Below are positions 38,122 through 45,880 of a DNA stretch of 64,000 nt, one piece after another (positions within the stretch are counted from its first letter, which is position 1; each line of letters starts with the position of its first letter). The DNA is taken from assembly GCA_029937535.1 (NCBI GenBank), contig JAPYPT010000001.1:5832-69831 (forward strand), in the 5' to 3' direction. The notes beneath the pieces were generated by a model. The model saw only the letters and a program-made list of their open reading frames with translations. It did not search any database and was not told the origin of the DNA. Position numbers and translations under genes: made by a program. This DNA comes from Alphaproteobacteria bacterium (lineage in GTDB: Bacteria > Pseudomonadota > Alphaproteobacteria > GCA-2731375).

Positions 38122-38222
38122 ACCAGGACGCCCAGGTCCGCGCCGCCTACCGGGCCCAAGGCCTCTATCTGCGTCGGCGCGGGCGCTGGGGCGAATGGCT
38201 GACCTTGGAGTTGTCCAGGTAA
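38122..38222. repeat. direct repeat copy B (diverged duplicate of prmA 3' end, frame and stop preserved)
   Basis: Encodes QDAQVRAAYRAQGLYLRRRGRWGEWLTLELSR* versus the prmA end KQDAQVRAAYMAQGLYLRRRRLLGEWLTLELTR*. Confidence 0.6.
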
Positions 38223-38243
38223 GCCATTCGCCCGGCTCAACGC

Positions 38244-39056
38244 CTAGAGTGGTGAGTTCTTGTCGAAATTGGGCTCGCGTTTTTCCAGGAACGAGGCTAG
38301 GCCTTCTTTTGCTTCCGGGCCCTTGAAGCCGAGCATTTCGAGGGCCAGGGAATTCTCGAACGTGGGCATGGCCATCCGGTACCAATTGTTCAGGGCCAGC
38401 TTGGTCCAGCGAATGGCGCTGGGCGCGCCATTGACGAGGGTTATGGCGATCGCTTCCGACTTGGCGGTCAATTCATCATCTTCCGTACACAGGGAAAACA
38501 ACCCCATGCGCTCGGCCTCTTCGCCGAATACAGGTTCGTTGGTCAGCAGATGGTATTTGGCCTTGGCCATGCCGGCCAGGATGACCCAGTTGATGCAGGC
38601 CACATCTCCGGCGGCCACGCCCAGGCGCACATGGCCGTCGAGCACACGGGCGGATTTGGCGATGATCGAGATATCGGCCAGAAGTGCCGCCACCAGGCCC
38701 GCGCCCACGGCGACGCCGTTGACGGCGGAAATGATCGGCTTGGAACAATTGATGATGTTGTAGACCAGGTCGCGGGCCTCTTTCCAGGCGCCGATCGTAT
38801 CGTTCCAGTTCTCGATATTGTTCTGGATCATGCTGAAGTCGCCGCCCGAGGAGAACGCCTTGCCCTTGGCGGCCAGAATGACGCAGCTGATATCCGGGTC
38901 CTCGTCGATGTCCCGCCAAATATACGTCAATTGTCGGTGACCTTGGGAATCCAGTGAATTATAGGTCTCTGGCTTATTGAAGGTGATGCGCAGAACGCGC
39001 TCGCTGGGGCTGTCATATTCAAAGGCGGGAAATTTCTCTGCGTAACGTTCAATCAT
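38244..39056 (-). CDS. enoyl-CoA hydratase/isomerase (crotonase) family protein
   Basis: ATG at 39056 (MIERYAEKFPAFEYD...). Crotonase-fold motif pattern (…AAKGKAFSSGGDF…). Confidence 0.7.
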   Translation of the reverse strand: MIERYAEKFPAFEYDSPSERVLRITFNKPETYNSLDSQGHRQLTYIWRDIDEDPDISCVILAAKGKAFSSGGDFSMIQNNIENWNDTIGAWKEARDLVYNIINCSKPIISAVNGVAVGAGLVAALLADISIIAKSARVLDGHVRLGVAAGDVACINWVILAGMAKAKYHLLTNEPVFGEEAERMGLFSLCTEDDELTAKSEAIAITLVNGAPSAIRWTKLALNNWYRMAMPTFENSLALEMLGFKGPEAKEGLASFLEKREPNFDKNSPL

Positions 39057-39288
39057 CGGATACTCCTCCTTGGCGGTCCGTGCCGGTGTCGTGCCCGTCA
39101 AGAGCACATGCAAGCAATGGATAAGCCTTGCCTCGACCGTTGGGTCAAGTCCCAGGGATGCGGCATTTTGCTCTCCCCCTAGGGCAATAAGTGGTTGTGT
39201 CCGTCGGCATAGGTCTATTATATATCGCTGGCGTGGCGCACGGGACGAAGAAACCGGCCACTAAGTTGTACCCTGGGGGGGTTATGGT

Positions 39289-40281
39289 TTGACGCGGCTG
39301 TTAGAGATTGAGGACCTGCGGGTTCAGTTCTTCACTTCGGAAGGTATTGTCCGCGCCGTCGATGGTATCACCTATCATGTGGACGCTGGCGAGACAGTTG
39401 CGATTGTCGGTGAATCCGGTTCCGGCAAATCGGTCTCGGCTCTCTCCATCCTGCGTCTGGTCCCCGATCCTCCGGGCAAGATCATGGGCGGCAAGGTCAA
39501 ATTCAACGGCGAGGATCTGCTGCAAATCGACGATATCGCTATCCGGCGGGTCCGCGGACGGGATATCGGCATGGTGTTTCAGGAACCCATGACGTCCCTG
39601 AATCCGGTGCTTTCGATCGGCCGGCAATTGACCGAGACCCTGGAACAGCATTTATCCTCCAATAAAGTCGAGGCCCATGCCCGGGCCATCGAATTGCTGG
39701 GTCTGGTCGGCATCTCCGAGCCCGAGCGCCGGCTGAAGCAATATCCCCATCACCTATCGGGCGGCATGCGCCAGCGGGTAATGATTGCCATGTCCCTGGC
39801 CTGCAATCCGAAACTGATCATCGCGGATGAGCCGACCACGGCGCTGGATGTCACAATTCAGGCGCAGATTCTGGAGTTGATGAAGGATCTGACCCGGCAC
39901 ATGGGCGTCGCCTTGATCATTATTACCCACAATCTGGGCGTCGTCGCGCGCTATGCCGATCGGGTCAATGTGATGTACGCCGGGCGCATTGTTGAAAGCG
40001 GCGTGGCCGAAGACATCTACCACCGGCCCCGCCATCCCTATACCCGCGGCCTGCTACGTTCCGTGCCGCGCCTGGATCAACCGCGCGGCGAGCGCTTGGA
40101 ACCAATTTTCGGTCAACCCCCCGACATGACGCAACTGGATGACGGCTGTGCCTTTCGGCCGCGCTGTCCCTTCGCGGTTGGGCGTTGCGAACATGAACGG
40201 CCGGATTTGGAAGCGGTTGGGCCCGGCCATGAATCGGCTTGCTGGCAGCGGGACGAACTGGACAAGGGGGTGGCGGCCTGA
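39289..40281 (+). CDS. peptide/nickel ABC transporter ATP-binding protein (DppD/OppD-like)
   Basis: TTG start with a G-run RBS. Walker [17 protein letters not shown] signature, C-terminal oligopeptide-transporter extension. Confidence 0.75.
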   Translation: MTRLLEIEDLRVQFFTSEGIVRAVDGITYHVDAGETVAIVGESGSGKSVSALSILRLVPDPPGKIMGGKVKFNGEDLLQIDDIAIRRVRGRDIGMVFQEPMTSLNPVLSIGRQLTETLEQHLSSNKVEAHARAIELLGLVGISEPERRLKQYPHHLSGGMRQRVMIAMSLACNPKLIIADEPTTALDVTIQAQILELMKDLTRHMGVALIIITHNLGVVARYADRVNVMYAGRIVESGVAEDIYHRPRHPYTRGLLRSVPRLDQPRGERLEPIFGQPPDMTQLDDGCAFRPRCPFAVGRCEHERPDLEAVGPGHESACWQRDELDKGVAA

Positions 40282-41288
40282 TGACGATGCCGGAAACACA
40301 GACTGAAATGGCCGAGCCACTAATCCAGGTCCGCGACCTGAAGATGCATTTCCCGGTCACTGACGGCATCTTGGTCCAGCGGACCGTTGCCCACGTCAAG
40401 GCCGTCGACGGCATCAGTTTCGATATCATGCCGGGCGAGACCTTGGGGCTTGTCGGCGAGTCGGGCTGCGGCAAATCCACGACGGGGCGTTGCATCCTGC
40501 AATTGGAAAAACCTACCGACGGTCAAATCCTGTTCCACGGCGACGACTTGGGTAGCATGGGGCGGGCCGATCTTGTGGCCATGCGGCGCAAGATCCAGGT
40601 TATTTTTCAGGATCCCTTCAGCTCTTTGAACCCGCGCATGAAAATTGGCGATATTATTGGCGAACCCTTGGCGGTGCACGGCATTGAAAGCAATTCGGCC
40701 GACCGTAACAAACGAGTCGCGGAATTGCTGACGGTTTGCGGGCTGAGCCCGAAAATGGCGGATCGATATCCCCATGAGATGTCCGGTGGCCAACGCCAAC
40801 GCGTGGGTATAGCGCGCGCCCTGTCCATGAAGCCGGAATTTATTATTTGCGACGAAGCCGTTTCCGCCCTGGATGTCTCGATCCAGGCCCAGGTCATCAA
40901 TTTGCTGGAGGACCTGCGCGAGGAGTTTGACCTTACATATCTATTCATCGCCCATGATTTGAGCGTGGTGCGCCATCTGTGCCACCGGGTGGCGGTGATG
41001 TATCTGGGCAAGATTGTCGAATTGGCCCCTTGTGATGAGTTGTTCGATAATCCGACCCATCCCTACACCCGCGCCCTGCTGGACGCGGTGCCGGTACCGG
41101 ACCCAACGATCGAGGCGGGGCGTGAACATCGCCTGGTGAAGGGGGAAATACCCTCTCCCATCAATCCGCCGTCGGGTTGTGTATTTCACCCCCGCTGTCC
41201 TATTGCTCTCGACAAATGTGCCGGTCCGGTGCCAGAATTGAGGGAATTGCGGCCCGGCCACTTCGTGGCCTGTCCGGAGGTATCTTGA
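40281..41288 (+). CDS. peptide ABC transporter ATP-binding protein (DppF/OppF-like)
   Basis: ATG at 40281 overlapping the previous stop (TGATG). Walker [18 protein letters not shown]. Confidence 0.75.
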   Translation: MTMPETQTEMAEPLIQVRDLKMHFPVTDGILVQRTVAHVKAVDGISFDIMPGETLGLVGESGCGKSTTGRCILQLEKPTDGQILFHGDDLGSMGRADLVAMRRKIQVIFQDPFSSLNPRMKIGDIIGEPLAVHGIESNSADRNKRVAELLTVCGLSPKMADRYPHEMSGGQRQRVGIARALSMKPEFIICDEAVSALDVSIQAQVINLLEDLREEFDLTYLFIAHDLSVVRHLCHRVAVMYLGKIVELAPCDELFDNPTHPYTRALLDAVPVPDPTIEAGREHRLVKGEIPSPINPPSGCVFHPRCPIALDKCAGPVPELRELRPGHFVACPEVS

Positions 41289-41392
41289 GTACAAGCGTTC
41301 AGAGGAATTGCGCCGCCAAAACTTAACCCGCGGCGTATCAATTGCCGGCGAAAAATTCATAAATGTGCCGGCACAAAAGGGAGGCATTAACA

Positions 41393-43006
41393 ATGCGACA
41401 TAAAGGCTTGAAAAAAGCCGCCATGGTGGGACTTGGTGCGGCAATCGGTGCCGGCTTTGCTCTCGGCGCGGTGGCTGAAACGCCCAAACGGGGCGGTATT
41501 TTGAACATCGTGGTTGGCAGTAAGATCCCGTCCTATGACGGGCATCGGGAAAATACCTTCGGCATGATCCATCCGATCCGGCCGTTCTATTCCCTGCTGA
41601 TCCGCATCAACCCCGACAACCCGTCCTCGCCGACGGATTTTGTTTGCGACCTGTGTGAAGGCTCGGTGCCAAATCCGACCGACGACGGCAAGAACTATGT
41701 CTTCAAGATCCGCAAGGGCGTGAAATTTCACAACGGCGCATCCTTGTCATCGCAAGACATCAAGGCGACATTCGACAAGATCGTCTTCCCCCCAAAGGGC
41801 ACGCCGTCCGCGCGCAAGGCCTTCTTCAAGATGGTGGATACGATTACCGCGCCGGATGACACCACCCTGATCTTCAAGTTGAAGTATGCGTCCTCCGGCT
41901 TCATTCCGGCCGTGGCGACGCCGTTCAATTTCGTCTATTCCAAGGCCGATTTGGACAAGCATGGTTACGAATGGCATACCAAGAACATCAACGGCTCGGG
42001 CGCCTTCACGTTCGTGCAGCATCAGCCTGGCGCCTTTGTTGAAGGCAAGCGTTATGCCGGCTACCACCATGCGGGCAAACCCTACCTTGATGGCTACAAA
42101 GCCATCGCGGCGCCGAAAATGGCGATCCGTTTGCAGGCCATCCGCGGCGGCCGGGCCGATATCGAATTCCGCGGTTTCCCGCCGAAGGCCCGCGACGATC
42201 TGGTCAAGGCCCTGGGTGACAAGATCACGGTGCAGGAAAGTGATTGGAACTGCGCCCTGTTCTTCACCGCCAACCATACCCGCAAGCCGTTCGACGATGC
42301 GCGGGTGCGACGGGCCATTTCCCTGGCCGTGGATCGCTGGTCGGGATCGAAGTATCTCTCCCGCATCGCCATCGTGAAGGCCGTGGGCGGCATCGTCTAC
42401 CCCAGCCATCCCTTGGCCGCGACCCCGGCCGAATTGGAATCGATTGCCGGCTTCGGACGCGACATCAAGGCCAACCGGGCGGAAGCCAGGCGGCTGTTGA
42501 AGGAAGCGGGTCAGGAAAATCTGTCGTTTACCTTGTTGAACCGTGGCGTTGACCAGCCCTACAAAGTGGTTGGCACCTGGTTGATCGGTCAATGGAAAAA
42601 AGCCGGCATCACGGTAAAACAGGACGTCAAGCCGACCGGTCCGTTCCTGGACAGTCTGCGCAAGAAGAAGGATTTCGATGTTTCCATCGATTTCAACTGC
42701 CAGTCCGTCATCAACCCGGTTGTCGATGCTTCCAAGTTCCTGGGCAGCGCCGGCAACAACTATGGCTCGTACGATGATCCCGTATTGGAAAAAATGTTCG
42801 ACGCCATGAACCGCGAAGGCGACCCGAAGAAAGTGCGCAGCATGATGCGCGCCTACGAAAAACGGGTGCTGGATGAGGAGGCCCACATGGCCTTGACCAT
42901 GTGGTGGTACAAGATCAATCCTCATCGCTCTTATGTGAAGGGTTGGAAGATCGCCCCGTCTCATTATTTGAATCAGTCCTTGGATCAGGTCTGGTTGGAT
43001 AAGTAA
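41393..43006 (+). CDS. ABC transporter substrate-binding protein, family 5 (DppA/OppA-like)
   Basis: ATG at 41393 after AAAGGGAGG. Signal peptide MRHKGLKKAAMVGLGAAIGAGFALGAVA. Confidence 0.75.
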   Translation: MRHKGLKKAAMVGLGAAIGAGFALGAVAETPKRGGILNIVVGSKIPSYDGHRENTFGMIHPIRPFYSLLIRINPDNPSSPTDFVCDLCEGSVPNPTDDGKNYVFKIRKGVKFHNGASLSSQDIKATFDKIVFPPKGTPSARKAFFKMVDTITAPDDTTLIFKLKYASSGFIPAVATPFNFVYSKADLDKHGYEWHTKNINGSGAFTFVQHQPGAFVEGKRYAGYHHAGKPYLDGYKAIAAPKMAIRLQAIRGGRADIEFRGFPPKARDDLVKALGDKITVQESDWNCALFFTANHTRKPFDDARVRRAISLAVDRWSGSKYLSRIAIVKAVGGIVYPSHPLAATPAELESIAGFGRDIKANRAEARRLLKEAGQENLSFTLLNRGVDQPYKVVGTWLIGQWKKAGITVKQDVKPTGPFLDSLRKKKDFDVSIDFNCQSVINPVVDASKFLGSAGNNYGSYDDPVLEKMFDAMNREGDPKKVRSMMRAYEKRVLDEEAHMALTMWWYKINPHRSYVKGWKIAPSHYLNQSLDQVWLDK

Positions 43007-43031
43007 GTCTGGGTTTTGTTTCGGTGCACAT

Positions 43032-43078
43032 GGCCCGCCCCGCCGAATGCGGCGTGGCGGGCCGCATCGGAGTTTTTG
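43032..43078 (+). terminator. intrinsic terminator/attenuator after the SBP gene
   Basis: GGCCCGCCCCGCC-gaatg-CGGCGTGGCGGGCC hairpin followed by gcatcggagTTTTTg. Confidence 0.4.
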
Positions 43079-43113
43079 AAATTACGCCAAAATTAATATA
43101 AGGCCTAAGCCAC

Positions 43114-44085
43114 GTGTATAAATACATCATCACCCGGCTACTTCTGGCGGTCCCGACCTTGTTGGGCGCCGCCCTGCTGGTGTTTATACTTCTGCGCGCG
43201 GTGCCGGGCGATATTTGCGAGATCAAATTGGGCGGCACGGGTTTGTACGTCGACCCGGCGGAAATCAAGCTCTGCCAAGACAAGGTCGGCCTGAACGACC
43301 CCATGCACGTGCAGTTCTATGATTTCGTCACCTCGTATCTGACCTTTGATCTGGGCGAGTCCATGTGGACCGGGCGGCCCATCAGTTATGAAATTGGCTT
43401 GCGCTTTCAACTTTCATTGCAAGTCGCCATCATGGCGACCCTGGTCGCCATTCTGATTGCCATACCCTTGGGCACCATATCGGCGATCAGACAGAATACC
43501 TGGATCGATTATTTCGTCCGAACCTTCGCCATTGCCGGCATCGCCATACCTTCGTTCTTCCTTGGCATTATGATCATTCTCGGTCTGCTGATCGCCACTC
43601 AGGCCTGGTTCGGCGAGCCGTGGATGCCGCCGATCGAGTATGTTTCGCCGCTGGAAGACCCTTTAGCGAATATGTCGCAGCTCATTTGGCCGGCGGTGGC
43701 AACCGGTTATCGCTATTCCGCCGTGGCCACGCGCATGACGCGCTCCGCCCTGCTGGAAGTCCTACGCGAGGACTATGTTCGTACGGCACGGGCCAAGGGG
43801 TTGATGGAGAAAATCATCATCAACCGTCACGCCTTGAAAAATGCCATGTTGCCCGTGGTCACCATTATTACTCTGGAATTCGCCTTCCTCATGGGCGGCC
43901 TGGTGGTCACCGAGCAGGTCTTTAACCTGAATGGCTTGGGTAATCTGTTCGTTGAATCCGTGCTCAATCACGACTTCACGATGACCCAACAGTTGGTCAT
44001 GCTCGTGGTGTTGATTTTCGTCATAACCAATCTGGTGACCGACGTTCTTTATGCGTGGCTGGATCCGCGCATTCGCTACAGTTAG
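43114..44085 (+). CDS. peptide ABC transporter permease (DppB-like)
   Basis: 323-aa, 6-TM ORF with the EAA-like loop region typical of DppB/OppB. Confidence 0.75.
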   Translation: MYKYIITRLLLAVPTLLGAALLVFILLRAVPGDICEIKLGGTGLYVDPAEIKLCQDKVGLNDPMHVQFYDFVTSYLTFDLGESMWTGRPISYEIGLRFQLSLQVAIMATLVAILIAIPLGTISAIRQNTWIDYFVRTFAIAGIAIPSFFLGIMIILGLLIATQAWFGEPWMPPIEYVSPLEDPLANMSQLIWPAVATGYRYSAVATRMTRSALLEVLREDYVRTARAKGLMEKIIINRHALKNAMLPVVTIITLEFAFLMGGLVVTEQVFNLNGLGNLFVESVLNHDFTMTQQLVMLVVLIFVITNLVTDVLYAWLDPRIRYS

Positions 44086-44100
44086 GATGATGAGGCAAGG

Positions 44101-45000
44101 ATGACCGTATCTGACCTTCCCGGCTCTGGATCGCTTGAGGAACTGGGCGTCCAAAATTCCTGGACCTCTACCGCCTGGAGCCTGATACGCCGCCAACCCC
44201 TGGGCGCGGCCGGGCTGTTCATTGTTTTGGTAATGATCTTCATGGCCGTTTTCGCCGAGGTCATCACGCCTTTTGATCCGGAGGAAAACAACTTCGAATT
44301 CATGCTGACCCCGCCCGGCGCGGATTTCTGGCTGGGTACCGACCAGTTTGGCCGGGATCAGTTGACCCGCATTATTTTCGGCGCACGCACCGCCCTGTAC
44401 GTCGGTTTCACCGCCGCCTTTGTCGGCGCCTTCTCGGGCCTGGTCCTGGGCGTCGCCTCGGCCTATTTCGGCGGCTGGTTTGATCTGTTGTTCCAGCGGG
44501 TGATGGATGTCTTCATGGCCTTCCCGCTGATTATTCTGGCCCTGGCCGTGGTCTCCATCCTGGGCCCGAACATCAACAACGTGATCATCGCCATCACCAT
44601 ACCATTTATTCCTCAATGCGCCCGCGTGGTGCGCTCATCCGCCCTGGCGATCCGGGAAATTCCTTACGTGGATGCGGCCCGCGCACTTGGTTTCAGCCAC
44701 CGGCGGATAATTCTGCGCCACATGGCGCCCAACGTCATGGCGCCGTTTCTGATCATGCTGACGACATTCGTCGGCCAGGCCATTCTGCTGGAAGCCTCGC
44801 TCTCCTACCTTGGCCTTGGCGTACAAGAGCCGACCCCCGCCTGGGGCCTGATGCTGCAGGGCGGCGCGGAAGAATATGCCGAAAGCGCGCCCTGGGTGGC
44901 GATCTTCCCGGGCCTGGCAATTTCCCTCGCCGTGTTTGCCTTCAACATGTTCGGCGATGCGCTGCGCGACGTGCTCGACCCCAAATTGCGCTCACGCTGA
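44101..45000 (+). CDS. peptide ABC transporter permease (DppC-like)
   Basis: 299-aa membrane ORF with the BPD_transp_1 pattern. Confidence 0.75.
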   Translation: MTVSDLPGSGSLEELGVQNSWTSTAWSLIRRQPLGAAGLFIVLVMIFMAVFAEVITPFDPEENNFEFMLTPPGADFWLGTDQFGRDQLTRIIFGARTALYVGFTAAFVGAFSGLVLGVASAYFGGWFDLLFQRVMDVFMAFPLIILALAVVSILGPNINNVIIAITIPFIPQCARVVRSSALAIREIPYVDAARALGFSHRRIILRHMAPNVMAPFLIMLTTFVGQAILLEASLSYLGLGVQEPTPAWGLMLQGGAEEYAESAPWVAIFPGLAISLAVFAFNMFGDALRDVLDPKLRSR

Positions 45001-45016
45001 ATAGCGTCAAACAGAC

Positions 45017-45739
45017 ATGACTGAACGCACGATCCTGGGCATGTTGACGCCCTCATCGAACACCGTGCTGGAGCCGACCACCACCGCCATGCTGGACGGC
45101 CTGGACGGGGTCACGGCCCATTTCAGCCGCTTCAAGGTGACCGAAATAACCTTATCCGAACATGGCTTGGCGCAGTTCGATCATGGCAAATTCCTGGCCG
45201 CGGCCGAGCTTTTGGCGGATGCCAAGTGCCATGCCATCGCCTGGAACGGCACCTCCGCCGGCTGGCTGGGTTTTGCCAACGACGAGGCTTTGTGCGCCCG
45301 CATCATGAAAGGTACCGGCGCGCCGGCCACCACCTCGATCCTGGCCAACAATGACCTGTTCCGCCGCCATGGCGTGAAAAAGTTCGGCCTGGTCACGCCC
45401 TACACCGGCGACGTCCAGGCCCGCATCCTCGATAATTACGGCGCCGCCGGGTTCGACTGCATGGCGGAGCGGCATTTGGGTATCTCCGACAATTACTCAT
45501 TTTCGGAAATCAGCCAGGACCAGGTCGAGGCCATGTGCCGCGAGGTCGCGGCGGAGGGCGCGGAGGCCATCTCCATCATCTGCACCAACATGCGCGGCGC
45601 CGCCCTGGCGGCCAAACTGGAAGACGAATTGGGCATCACCATCTACGACAGCATTTCCGTCGTCATCCTGCGCGCCCTCGAACTGGCCGGCCTCGATCCC
45701 GCCCGCCTGCAAGGATGGGGCCGCATTTTCAACGCCTGA
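45017..45739 (+). CDS. Asp/Glu/hydantoin racemase superfamily protein (arylmalonate decarboxylase/maleate isomerase-like)
   Basis: 240 aa. Lies 16 nt downstream of dppC-like. Paralog of 1202..1984. Confidence 0.5.
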   Translation: MTERTILGMLTPSSNTVLEPTTTAMLDGLDGVTAHFSRFKVTEITLSEHGLAQFDHGKFLAAAELLADAKCHAIAWNGTSAGWLGFANDEALCARIMKGTGAPATTSILANNDLFRRHGVKKFGLVTPYTGDVQARILDNYGAAGFDCMAERHLGISDNYSFSEISQDQVEAMCREVAAEGAEAISIICTNMRGAALAAKLEDELGITIYDSISVVILRALELAGLDPARLQGWGRIFNA

Positions 45740-45860
45740 TTCTTAATATGGTGACGTAGTAATTAATTTACTCATTGTTTTAATTTTATTATTTTATAAC
45801 AGTAACTTAATTAATTACTACGTCACCGTATTAATTACTACGTCACCGTATTAAGATTCT
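45740..45860. repeat. AT-rich (~25% GC) palindromic element: 27-nt terminal inverted repeats (cttaatatggtgacgtagtaattaatt), AT core, and a 20-nt tandem duplication (ttactacgtcaccgtattaa x2)
   Basis: Read directly. Sits exactly in the 141-bp gap between the convergent racemase-family and pepN stops. GC is far below the ~62% window average. Confidence 0.5.
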
Positions 45861-45880
45861 GCGTTCTGGAAGACGGGTCT

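Noticed and set aside
38036-38326. 96-aa ORF spanning the duplicated prmA tail (copy B)
   Set aside because: It is in a different frame from the conserved prmA-tail reading. It is an artefact of the duplicated GC-rich sequence rather than a gene.
41363-41374. Perfect 12-bp palindrome TGTGCCGGCACA upstream of the dppA-like start
   Set aside because: It is too short to distinguish a regulator site from chance in GC-rich DNA. It is noted but not called.
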